Virus record (IMG/VR): IMGVR_UViG_3300027820_000556
Location: 1-36,048 of that record
Source of the DNA: a virus
Taxonomy: Duplodnaviria > Caudoviricetes
Strand: one strand, 5' to 3'
Length of the DNA: 36,048 nucleotides
This document shows, piece by piece, positions 1 through 8,100 of this stretch (its first letter is position 1; each line of letters opens with the position of its first letter). The translations under genes and the position numbers were made by a program. The notes beneath the pieces are model-generated. The model did not search any database. It was not told the origin of the DNA and worked only from the letters and a program-made list of their open reading frames with translations.

Positions 1-37
1 ATCTATCTCCTGTTTTGCTCATTGTTTGTTTTCCTTC

Positions 38-721
38 CTATGGCGTGACTGAAAGCGCGCCAAGGCGGTTAATCCCGCGCTTGGATAGGGAGTCATATGC
101 GACCATGGAGACCTTCTTCAAATTCTCCATTTCAGGTTCAGCCATGATTTGCTGGATTTCCTTCTCGTTGTTTGCCGCGTCGATGCGCTTTCCGGCGTCC
201 GCCGCGTATTCCCGCATTTCCGGGCTTGCGCTTGACGGCGGGCGCTTCGTTTGCGGGAGATTTGCCGGGTCGTGCTCGTCTGCATCCTCCCCCTTTTCGC
301 CAGTGGCCACCATAAACAGCGACCTCATATATTGTTTTAGGGAATAGGATTGGGCCGCACCAAATGCCTGCGCACCCATGCTGGCATCTACAATGATCGA
401 GCGGACGTCTTTTTGAGGGCAAACCTCCCCGCTCGCATGGGCCAAGGTGTAGCTATAGCGGATAAGAAGCCATCGCTTCCCGGCCTGCCCCTCTTTGGGT
501 GGCGGGGTTTCTATAACCTGGAAATCCTCTTCGTTTTGTCGAATAATCAGCCCGTTATCGGCACAAAGCGGACGCAACGCCTCCAAAAAGCTATCAATAC
601 CGGCAAAGGAGTATTTCCCGAATTGGTTTTTCTGCGTTTTTTCCAGCTTTGGCACCGATGCCATTACGGCAGAAATAGCCGCAGATACCTTCGGCGGCAT
701 TGCCGTTTTTGTATCTTCCAT
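38..721 (-). CDS. ERF-family single-strand annealing protein
   Basis: K..KNQFGKYSFAGIDSFLEALRPL and AFGAAQSYSLKQY.RSLF.VATGE..D.D ERF motifs; adjacent to an exonuclease. Confidence 0.85.
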   Translation of the reverse strand: MEDTKTAMPPKVSAAISAVMASVPKLEKTQKNQFGKYSFAGIDSFLEALRPLCADNGLIIRQNEEDFQVIETPPPKEGQAGKRWLLIRYSYTLAHASGEVCPQKDVRSIIVDASMGAQAFGAAQSYSLKQYMRSLFMVATGEKGEDADEHDPANLPQTKRPPSSASPEMREYAADAGKRIDAANNEKEIQQIMAEPEMENLKKVSMVAYDSLSKRGINRLGALSVTP

Positions 722-1530
722 TATTTAACCTCCGTTATTCTTAAAGAGTTGTTTTTTGCTCGCTTTATTTGAACCCCAGCACCAAAGGCACGCCCGAAAT
801 GCGGCGCCATCAAATCCTTTAAGGCCGATTCCGCGCTCTTGAACTTCTTGGCCGCGTCCTTGTTTTCAAGCCAGTCGGCAGCGCCCGCTCCCCAAATATT
901 ATCCCCGGCCATGTCCACCTCGATAAGTTTTTCGGGAGTCTTTGGCGGCGCAACGCTTTCTTGGTTTGTGGGGGGCGTGTCGTTTTCAACATGGCTCCAA
1001 AAACGGGCCTCTTCGTCCAAAACGCTCTGCATATAGAAATGGTCTATCTCAACCTCGAAAAATTCCCACTTCATCGTACCAATCAAAACAGAAAGCACGG
1101 CCCAATCGACATTGCAGATATAGGCGTTGTGATGAAGCTGCGGCATATACCGCTGCACAACATTCTCGATATCCCCGAACGGGTTGACATGCTTTGCCTC
1201 GAATATCGCGGGCTTCCCGCCTTCCGTTTTCGTCATGCCGTCAAGGGTGCATGACATGATTGGCACATTCTTGGAAACGGCCTCCATCCCCTCGCTTGTT
1301 ACGTCTCGGCCCGTTTGTTTTTCATACCAATAGCGGTTAAATTCCTCGGTGTAAGACCCAAGCATCACGGGCAGAACGTCGGAAAGGTCATCCCCCGGCC
1401 TGCGGCCCGTCTTTTCTTCCCAAAGCGGAAACCAGTCGCCAGCCATTATACGGTTTGCATCGGACCCCCCAATGGTGCCCCCGCGCTTGGCAATCTGTTC
1501 TTTTGTCAGGCCAACATCTAACGACCGCAT
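721..1530 (-). CDS. YqaJ-like viral recombinase / lambda-exonuclease-type nuclease
   Basis: IGGSDA, LWEEKTG, CTLDG, FEAK and YMPQLHH motifs. ATG at 1530 has a GGAG RBS; the ORF track extends the frame to 1587. Confidence 0.9.
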   Translation of the reverse strand: MRSLDVGLTKEQIAKRGGTIGGSDANRIMAGDWFPLWEEKTGRRPGDDLSDVLPVMLGSYTEEFNRYWYEKQTGRDVTSEGMEAVSKNVPIMSCTLDGMTKTEGGKPAIFEAKHVNPFGDIENVVQRYMPQLHHNAYICNVDWAVLSVLIGTMKWEFFEVEIDHFYMQSVLDEEARFWSHVENDTPPTNQESVAPPKTPEKLIEVDMAGDNIWGAGAADWLENKDAAKKFKSAESALKDLMAPHFGRAFGAGVQIKRAKNNSLRITEVK

Positions 1531-1599
1531 ACGAATATTCTCCAAAGTAGGAACCGGATTCCGCGTCGGCGGATGCGTCTTAACCATAGTGGCGTCATT

Positions 1600-2238
1600 T
1601 TATACTCCATCTTTCTTAAAACCAGCCGCCCATTCACACCGCTCAAGCAACCAGTCTTTGTTATCACGCCAGAACTTGAGCGCTTCCTTTCCGTCCATTT
1701 CCGCAATACGCCGGTCATCAAAAGAACGCCAGTCGCCGTGCAAATGTTTTTCGCAGCCGATCCTCATGTATTCCGGCGTGATAAGGATGGGCCACCGCAG
1801 GCCATTTATTTGGAGGATGCCTTTCTTGCCTAGGTCCACCACGGCGAGATTCACACGAGTGAGATTCGCACCGGAGAGATTCGCACGGACGAGATTCGCA
1901 CCGGAGAGATTCGCACCGGCGAGGTCCGCATCGACGAGGAGCGCACCAGAGAGGTCCACCCCGGCGAGGTCCGCACAGGATAGATTCGCACGGACGAGAT
2001 TCGCACCGGAGAGATTCGCACGGACGAGGTCCGCATAGACGAGGTACGCACGGGCTAGGTCCGCACCAGAGAGGTCCACCCCGGCGAGGTCCGCACATGC
2101 GAGGTTTGTATTTTCGGCGGCAGCAATTTTCACCGCCGCACCGAGTTGAACAGAGTACGCCGCGCTTTCATAACTGGCATCCAATTCAACCTCGGTAATT
2201 GGATTTCCGGTAAAGCGGTTTTTAATTGGGAATTTCAT
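1600..2238 (-). CDS. Pentapeptide-repeat protein
   Basis: About 17 A(D/N)Lxx repeats (15-bp DNA units near 1845-2105); C-terminal MRIGCEKH domain. Confidence 0.9.
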   Translation of the reverse strand: MKFPIKNRFTGNPITEVELDASYESAAYSVQLGAAVKIAAAENTNLACADLAGVDLSGADLARAYLVYADLVRANLSGANLVRANLSCADLAGVDLSGALLVDADLAGANLSGANLVRANLSGANLTRVNLAVVDLGKKGILQINGLRWPILITPEYMRIGCEKHLHGDWRSFDDRRIAEMDGKEALKFWRDNKDWLLERCEWAAGFKKDGV

Positions 2239-2327
2239 CGGATTGCCTCAATAAAGTAGAGCCCAAACATAAAAGCGGTTAATAGGATCGCGGCTAGATA
2301 TAGCGCGCAGGAAAGCACCTGTTTCAT
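2235..2327 (-). CDS. 30-aa hydrophobic peptide
   Basis: MKQVLSCALYLAAILLTAFMFGLYFIEAIR; GGAGG RBS; ATGA overlaps on both sides. Confidence 0.6.
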   Translation of the reverse strand: MKQVLSCALYLAAILLTAFMFGLYFIEAIR

Positions 2328-2431
2328 AGCGTCGCCTCCACGATCCGGCTGCAATAACCGATGTTGAAAAGCGTAAACCCCACCATAAGCGTCCAGATGA
2401 TGAACACCCCGAATCTTGTTGGATAGGTCAT
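2324..2431 (-). CDS. 35-aa hydrophobic peptide (not in ORF track)
   Basis: Manual translation MTYPTRFGVFIIWTLMVGFTLFNIGYCSRIVEATL; ATGA-coupled to both neighbours. Confidence 0.55.
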   Translation of the reverse strand: MTYPTRFGVFIIWTLMVGFTLFNIGYCSRIVEATL

Positions 2432-3096
2432 GCTTCACCTATCAGGTCGATCAGTTTGTCGGCCATCAATTCATATGATGCGCTCCACGCCGCGCTCTTG
2501 GCCGCGCTCGCCGCGCTCTCTGCCGCGCTCGCCGCGCTCCACGCCGCGCTCTTGGCCGCGCTCGCCGCGCTCACTTCCGCTCTCCCCGCCACGCCTCTCG
2601 CCGCGTTCTCTGCGCTCCACGCCTCCAGCGCTGCCGCACGCATCATATACTCATCAACAGGTTTGCCCTCTGTAAGCGGGACTAGCGCATCGGCACATTG
2701 TTTCACAGCGTCCTTCACAAGAGGATGGTTGATCCCTGGATTTACTGTCACATCTGTAAGTAGCCAATGCTGAAATTTCCAACCCACTCTCGATAGATCG
2801 GCTCCCGGTTCGATAGCACCCATTACCTTAAGAGGAAACGCTCTCGCCTTAATGTTTGGTAGTCCCTCAAAAACAGCGTCTATTAAGATATACAGCATCA
2901 AAGGCCCACCACATTTTTCAGCGCAAGCTTCGTGAGGATTCTCTTCGGTTTCGGCAATGCAGCCAACCGCACAGCCCTTTCCATTTGTCCAATAGACACC
3001 TTGGACAATCTCGTCGGCGTCGTGATGGGCTTGGAGCTGCGCCATGATGTTGGCCTTGATTTTTGGGTCGTTATGATAGGCAAGCAGCGTGGTCAT
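2428..3096 (-). CDS. Phage protein with GCAVGC motif and Ala-rich SAA(W/E/K) repeats
   Basis: 222 aa; ATGA-coupled; repeats of CGCCGCGCTC near 2480-2630. Confidence 0.8.
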   Translation of the reverse strand: MTTLLAYHNDPKIKANIMAQLQAHHDADEIVQGVYWTNGKGCAVGCIAETEENPHEACAEKCGGPLMLYILIDAVFEGLPNIKARAFPLKVMGAIEPGADLSRVGWKFQHWLLTDVTVNPGINHPLVKDAVKQCADALVPLTEGKPVDEYMMRAAALEAWSAENAARGVAGRAEVSAASAAKSAAWSAASAAESAASAAKSAAWSASYELMADKLIDLIGEA

Positions 3097-3368
3097 CGTT
3101 TGACCCTCCATATAATCCGGGCGCGGCCTTCCGGCCCGCTCCTACGGTTGCCGCTATCCTCGACCAACATCTTGATGACAAGGGGTTTTAGACGCGGGGA
3201 AATGGAAACGAGGGACCGCCCCAGATATTTAGCAATCTCGTTTGTTGTAAGGCCGAACTCCGCTGCTTCCAGCACGGCCAGCACTTCGGCCTCGCGCTTG
3301 GTGACGTTGACATAATCCGCAGCTTGGTGCGAAGTAACCGGATCGGTGTTTCTGGCTAGTGCGGTCAT
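3093..3368 (-). CDS. Winged-HTH DNA-binding protein
   Basis: ARNTDPVTSHQAA N-terminal motif; GLTTNEIA...SISPRLKPL helix-turn-helix. Confidence 0.8.
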   Translation of the reverse strand: MTALARNTDPVTSHQAADYVNVTKREAEVLAVLEAAEFGLTTNEIAKYLGRSLVSISPRLKPLVIKMLVEDSGNRRSGPEGRARIIWRVKR

Positions 3369-3369
3369 A

Positions 3370-3678
3370 TTACACCCCCGTTGATCGAAAATTCGTCATG
3401 GCGCGCTCAACGTCATCACCATCAAAACCAAGCGCATCGTCGCGACCCGCCTTCATCTGACTAAAGGCCGTCTCGATATACTCCGAGCGAAGGCCGTCCG
3501 CCTGTTCGAAGAAATATTCGATTTGTTCCTGCGCTTCCAAGCAGTCCGTTGAAAACTGTTTAAACTCCGCAATGGCGCGAACATACTGTTCCTCGATGCG
3601 CCTTAAAATTACGATTTGTTCATCCACTTCTGCGGCCCACCGCTGGGCCTCGACCTCGTTTTCAAATTCCTGTTCCAT
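3370..3678 (-). CDS. Hypothetical acidic protein, first gene of the leftward operon
   Basis: 102 aa ORF with GAGGGG RBS. Confidence 0.65.
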   Translation of the reverse strand: MEQEFENEVEAQRWAAEVDEQIVILRRIEEQYVRAIAEFKQFSTDCLEAQEQIEYFFEQADGLRSEYIETAFSQMKAGRDDALGFDGDDVERAMTNFRSTGV

Positions 3679-3707
3679 AACGTCATCCCCTCATTGATTG
3701 TTTTGCC

Positions 3708-3799
3708 ATGTTCCACGATGTGGGAATAGATGTCAATATAAATGTTGATAGGCGGGGGAGATATTTTTTCTTGACAGGCAATCCCCGCCTATGCAACCC
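3708..3799. promoter_or_regulatory. Divergent early promoters and operator-like inverted repeats
   Basis: TTGACA on minus (3731-3736) and on plus (3771-3776). Imperfect palindrome TTCCACGATGTGGGAA at 3711-3726. Inverted repeat ATAGGCGGGG (3748-3757) / CCCCGCCTAT (3783-3792). Confidence 0.6.
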
Positions 3800-3807
3800 T
3801 CAAAATC

Positions 3808-4005
3808 ATGGAACATGCACTACGTAGATACCGCGCCAAGCGCGGGCTTAGCCTGGAAGCTCTTGGCAAAGAAGCGGGCGCTTCCAGGTCCACCCTTTCC
3901 CGCATTGAAACCGGCGAGAAAGACCCATCCGTCGCCTTGATCCGCAGGCTTTGCAAAGCCACAAAAGGCAAGGTCAAGCCAAACGATTTCTTCAAGCAGA
4001 CATGA
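3808..4005 (+). CDS. Cro-like XRE helix-turn-helix regulator
   Basis: LRRYRAKRGLSLEALGKEAGASRSTLSRIETGEKDPS; first rightward gene. Confidence 0.9.
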   Translation: MEHALRRYRAKRGLSLEALGKEAGASRSTLSRIETGEKDPSVALIRRLCKATKGKVKPNDFFKQT

Positions 4006-4032
4006 TACCGAGTTGCCATACTTCCCCTCCTA

Positions 4033-4066
4033 CCCCGCCAGCCGAAAGGTTGGCGGGGGCTTTTTA
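4033..4066 (+). terminator. Intrinsic terminator (tR1-like position)
   Basis: CCCCGCCAGCC-GAAA-GGTTGGCGGGG stem followed by GCTTTTTA. Confidence 0.75.
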
Positions 4067-4090
4067 TGGTGGGGCAAAGGAGATAGGATT

Positions 4091-4282
4091 ATGAGCGAGA
4101 ACGTTTCCTACTTTGTTGTGGAGAAATCAAGCAGCTCTTTCTGGGCGCAATGCGATACTTTCGACGAAGCCCGGCGCGAAGCGGAGTCGCTTGCCACGCA
4201 CGACCCAACGTCCCGCTTTGATGTTCTTAGGAGCGTGGGACATGCCACCACGAAGCATGTTGTATGGGTTGACCACGATTAA
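4091..4282 (+). CDS. Hypothetical protein
   Basis: 63 aa from ATG 4091 with AGGAGATAGGA RBS. Confidence 0.6.
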   Translation: MSENVSYFVVEKSSSSFWAQCDTFDEARREAESLATHDPTSRFDVLRSVGHATTKHVVWVDHD

Positions 4283-4295
4283 GGGCGGGCCTGAT

Positions 4296-4745
4296 ATGAA
4301 TATTAAGCGCGACAAACGCGACGCCGTATTCAGCCAATTAACCCGCGAGGGCGCGGGGTGGACGTGCGACCGATGCGGGAAATACCACCCAGAGGGCTTT
4401 CGCCAGTCCCTTCATTGCTCGCATATCTATTCGAGACGCAACCGGATGACGCGCTGGATGCCTCTGAACGCGGCGGCGCATTGCTTTGCGTGTCATAACT
4501 TTTTGGGCGAAAACCCGCTAATTTTTGCGGAATGGGCCAAGGGGCATCTTGGCAAGAAAAATTACGAAAAGCTGGGCCGTCTCGTACGGACCAGGGCCAA
4601 GCTTTCCAAACCCGATTTGGAAGAGATTCACACAGATTTGAAGCGCGAATATGACCGCATGATGGCCCTTCGCATGGACGGGGTAGAGGGCCGGATCGCG
4701 TTTGACGTGCCGGGCCCGATCAAGCGGTTGATGGGGGCGGCATGA
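4296..4745 (+). CDS. NinG/Rap-like HNH-type recombination endonuclease
   Basis: CDRCG...LHCSHIYSRR..TRW...N....CFACH pattern. Confidence 0.8.
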   Translation: MNIKRDKRDAVFSQLTREGAGWTCDRCGKYHPEGFRQSLHCSHIYSRRNRMTRWMPLNAAAHCFACHNFLGENPLIFAEWAKGHLGKKNYEKLGRLVRTRAKLSKPDLEEIHTDLKREYDRMMALRMDGVEGRIAFDVPGPIKRLMGAA

Positions 4746-5218
4746 CAGACAACCAATGGACGGAGGGAAGGGAAATGAAAGCAATCTCAATCCGGCAACC
4801 CTATGCCTATGCAATTACGCGTGGTTTTAAGCTTGTCGAAAACCGATCATGGCCGACGCATTTCCGTGGCCCGGTGTTGATCCATGCGGGCAAGAAAGAA
4901 GAGTCCGATGATGTCGAATCCGTAATCCGTTCAATAGCATCTTCCGCCAACATGCCGGATCGCGAAATAGCAGCCACCTACACTAAGTGCCGTCGGCTCG
5001 GTGGCATCGTTGGTGCTGCGCGCATTGTCAATTGCGTGACAGAAAGCGATGACCCTTGGTTTTATGGGCCGTATGGGTTTGTGCTGGACAGTCCGGTGCC
5101 AACAATCGACTTCGTCCCTTGCAAGGGAGCGCTGGGGTTTTTCGAAGTGCCTGCGGCAGTCATTTCCAAGGTCGTTCTGCCGCCGGATGCCCGCCATCTG
5201 CTGATGGGGGCGGCATGA
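4729..5218 (+). repeat. 17-bp perfect direct repeat flanking the ASCH gene
   Basis: TGATGGGGGCGGCATGA at 4729-4745 and 5202-5218. Confidence 0.9.
4742..5218 (+). CDS. ASCH-domain protein
   Basis: KAISIRQPYA...GFKLVENRSWPTHFRGPVLIHAG and GGIVG...PWFYGPYGF...KGALGFF. Confidence 0.9.
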   Translation: MTDNQWTEGREMKAISIRQPYAYAITRGFKLVENRSWPTHFRGPVLIHAGKKEESDDVESVIRSIASSANMPDREIAATYTKCRRLGGIVGAARIVNCVTESDDPWFYGPYGFVLDSPVPTIDFVPCKGALGFFEVPAAVISKVVLPPDARHLLMGAA

Positions 5219-5266
5219 ATGCGCGTCTATTACAACGAATTCGATCCTCACGCGGCGGCGGATTGA
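5219..5266 (+). pseudogene. N-terminal stub of a phage C5-cytosine methyltransferase
   Basis: MRVYYNEFDPHAAAD*; matches the recalled YYNE.DP.AA.WL start of phage C5 methylases, then stops. Confidence 0.55.
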
Positions 5267-5296
5267 TCACGACGCGGGCATGTTTGGAGAAGTTGT

Positions 5297-5710
5297 ATGA
5301 CCGATCTCGCCGAACGCCAGCCGCCGAAGAATTTGGAGGTCGAACAGGCCCTGTTGGGTGCCGTGCTTCTGGAGAACGCGGCCTATGACAAAATTGCCGG
5401 GATCGTCTCGGCCGGGGATTTTTACTCGCCGGCGCATGCCCGGATTTTCACCCAGATCGAGAAAGTGCTGAAAGCGAACGGCGCGGCCGATCCGATTCTG
5501 CTGAAAACCTGCTTCGAGCAGGACGGGTCGCTGGAACAGATCGGCGGCACGGTGGACCATCTGCGAATGGAGCTGCGCCGTATCAAACGCAGCCATGGGC
5601 TTGGCCTGGTCGTCGTTGATTATCTACAGCTTTTCGGATCGGAGCGATATGCGAGCAAGTGTGTGATTTGGTGGTGGTTTACACAGACCGGGGAATTTCC
5701 CAAGGCATGA
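5297..5710 (+). pseudogene. dnaB: Internally deleted DnaB helicase
   Basis: Intact N-domain (PPKNLEVEQALLGAVLL...DFYSPAHARIF) fused in frame to LRRIKRSHGLGLVVVDYLQL (Walker B); Walker A and C-terminus absent. Confidence 0.85.
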
Positions 5711-5787
5711 AAGCCGGTATCAAGGCGGCGAAAGACGCGGGCAAGACGGTTGAATTGCGGCAGCTTTACCGCCAAAGTGCGGACTAA
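5656..5787 (+). pseudogene. C-terminal remnant of a nucleoside-deoxyribosyltransferase-like (DUF4406-type) phage protein
   Basis: Manual translation CDLVVVYTDRGISQGMKAGIKAAKDAGKTVELRQL; N-terminal part missing. Confidence 0.55.
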
Positions 5788-5805
5788 TTTATACTCGGAG
5801 CCGGT

Positions 5806-6611
5806 ATGACCCATAGGCGCAAAGAGGTAATTGGTGATTGTACGCTCTATCTTGGGGATTGTCTGTCTGTTCTCCAGGATACCCCGGCGGAAAGCGCCGA
5901 AATGTTTTGGACGGACCCCCCATATGGACACGGAAACCACGACGGCGATTTGAACGCTCACCTCAACGCTGCGCGCGGCATTGTGGATAAGCCGATTGCC
6001 AACGACGACCAAGATTCATTTCGCGCGGTGCTGGATGGGATGCTATTGCAGGCGGCCAGAATCTTGCGGCGTGATAGCTGCTGCTGCTGCTGCTGCGGCG
6101 GGGGGCCGAGGCCAACATTTGCTTGGGTCGCCGACCGCATGGATAGCGCTGGCCTAGCCTTTTTCCATTCGGTGATTTGGGACAAAAAAATCCAGGGTTG
6201 GGGTGGCGGTATAGACGTCAGCATGAGATGATTATGGTTGCCCACCGCGACGGAGGGAAGCTGCTTTGGCACGACAACAACATGGCTGCCAGAAATATCT
6301 TTTCTATGATGCCCCCGCGTGAACGCCTGCACCCGAACGAGAAGCCGGTAGCCTTGTGTGAGCATTTTATTATGCTGCACAGCTCGCCGGGGCACACAAT
6401 CATAGACCCGTTCATGGGCAGCGGCACAACGGGGGTTGCGTGCGCGAAGATGGGCAGGAAGTTTATCGGAATTGAATTGGAGCCAAAATATTTCGATATT
6501 GCCTGCAAGCGTATATATGACGCCTACAAGCAGGGGGATTTGTTTGTGCCCCAAGGCGGGGATGCTGTTGGAAACCAAGAAGATTTTGACTTAGACGGAG
6601 GGGTGTCGTGA
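5806..6611 (+). CDS. Beta-class N6-adenine/N4-cytosine DNA methyltransferase split by a -1 frameshift
   Basis: LYLGDCL and TDPPY in 5806-6231; HPNEKP, DPFMGSGTT and IGIEL in 6177-6611; frames join at the A7 run 6184-6190. Confidence 0.85.
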
Positions 6612-6985
6612 AAATACGATCAATTCAAGAGGCCGTCTGCCGCAGCTTCGGCATTTCAATGATGGAATTGTTATCCGAGCGCCGCCAAAGGCGCTGCGCC
6701 AGACCCAGGCAGGCCGCCTATTTGCTTTGCCGCGATTTAACGCCACAATCCTACCCGGTAATTGGCAGAGAGTTTGGCGGACGCGATCATACGACCGTCA
6801 TGGCTGGAATAAGCCGCGCGGAGATTTTGATAGAAAAAGACAGGGAATTTAGATATTTGACGGAAGCGGCGCGCCTTCGGCTTCGGCAAACGCCCCCGCC
6901 TCTGAACGATTTTTCGCAGCCATCATATATAACGGTATGCTGGTCAGCTTGCAACTCAGATATTCTTGGGGGGTGGATGCAATGA
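6608..6985 (+). CDS. Stand-alone DnaA C-terminal (domain IV) HTH protein
   Basis: ARPRQAAYLLCRDLTPQSYPVIGREFGGRDHTTV DnaA signature. Confidence 0.9.
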   Translation: MKIRSIQEAVCRSFGISMMELLSERRQRRCARPRQAAYLLCRDLTPQSYPVIGREFGGRDHTTVMAGISRAEILIEKDREFRYLTEAARLRLRQTPPPLNDFSQPSYITVCWSACNSDILGGWMQ

Positions 6986-8100
6986 GCAACGTGTGGTTTA
7001 AGTGCTTCCCAAGCGATTTTCTAAACGGTGTGTCTGAATTAGGACCACACGAGATAGCAGTTTATACGGTTGTGCTAATGCGCATGTATGACGAGGGCGG
7101 ACCAATCCCAGATGATCCCGTTCGGATATCAAGGCGATGCAATATGCGTTTGACGGCGTGTAAAAAGGCCATCGACCAGCTTGTCTCAGACAACAAATTG
7201 ACCCGTGAGGACGGTATGTTGGTGAATAAAAAAGCCAAAAAAGTGATCGAAACTCAGCACGAACTCAACACAAAGCAAGCATCTAACGCGCGTAGTAGGT
7301 GGCAGAAAGATGATAAAAAGTCTAATAAAAACAACGTCACGAATATGCCGCCGCATGAAACAGGCACTACCAAAAACATGCCTACTAGAAACCAGATACC
7401 AGATACTAGAAAGAAAGAAAAAAATACAAAAAAGAAAACCCCAAGTTTGGAGGAAGAATTTGAAATTTGGTATTCGGCTTACCCGACCCATGTCGGCAGG
7501 GGGCAGGCTTTGCGGGCCTACCGAACCGCCCGAACGAAGGCCAGCGGCGAGGTTTTGCTGGCTGGCGTCCAAAAATACCGCGAAAACAAACCGAGCTACG
7601 CCGCTTGGGCGCAGCCTGCAACGTGGCTTAACGGCGAGCGATGGCTTGACGATCCCGACCCTGACGCCCCAAAAGCGAAGGAATTCCCCCCCGATTGGAA
7701 ACCGAAAATCCTTATTTCCGAATGGGTTGGCGAGAGGGACGCGGCGTCTTGGACGGCGGTCATGGAGGATTTGGCCACCAAAATCGGGCCGGGGGAATTT
7801 GAATCGTGGCTTGGGAAATTGATGCTTTTGTCGGTTGCTGGCGACGATGTGGCAAAGACATTCCACGCCACAGCGCCAACCGCGTTCATTCGCGATACCG
7901 CGCAGCAACGTTACACGAAAACGCTTCAGGATATGCTTATGGAAAAAGCAGGGGCGCCATCTTGGTTTGAAATAGCCGTTAAACGGGCAGAGAAGGCCAT
8001 GGGGTGCCCGACTCTGAAAAAAACGGGTGGTGGTAGCCCCAAAACAAACAATGGCACCACATCGGCCCCGCAGGCGGATTTAGCGAGGTCAGGCCAATGA
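6982..8100 (+). CDS. Replication initiator (DUF1376/YdaU-like N-terminus) with C-terminal DnaA domain I-like region
   Basis: WFKCFPSDFL...Y..LMRMY N-terminus; FE.WY.AYP...QPATWLNGERW domain; W..V...L...IG..EFESWL...APTAFIRD. Confidence 0.85.
   Translation: MSNVWFKCFPSDFLNGVSELGPHEIAVYTVVLMRMYDEGGPIPDDPVRISRRCNMRLTACKKAIDQLVSDNKLTREDGMLVNKKAKKVIETQHELNTKQASNARSRWQKDDKKSNKNNVTNMPPHETGTTKNMPTRNQIPDTRKKEKNTKKKTPSLEEEFEIWYSAYPTHVGRGQALRAYRTARTKASGEVLLAGVQKYRENKPSYAAWAQPATWLNGERWLDDPDPDAPKAKEFPPDWKPKILISEWVGERDAASWTAVMEDLATKIGPGEFESWLGKLMLLSVAGDDVAKTFHATAPTAFIRDTAQQRYTKTLQDMLMEKAGAPSWFEIAVKRAEKAMGCPTLKKTGGGSPKTNNGTTSAPQADLARSGQ
7340..7441. other. Putative replication origin inside the initiator gene
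   Basis: Short repeats (ACCAGATACCAGATACTAGA; ATGCC twice) followed by an A-rich tract near 7410-7440; lambdoid ori position. Confidence 0.35.
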
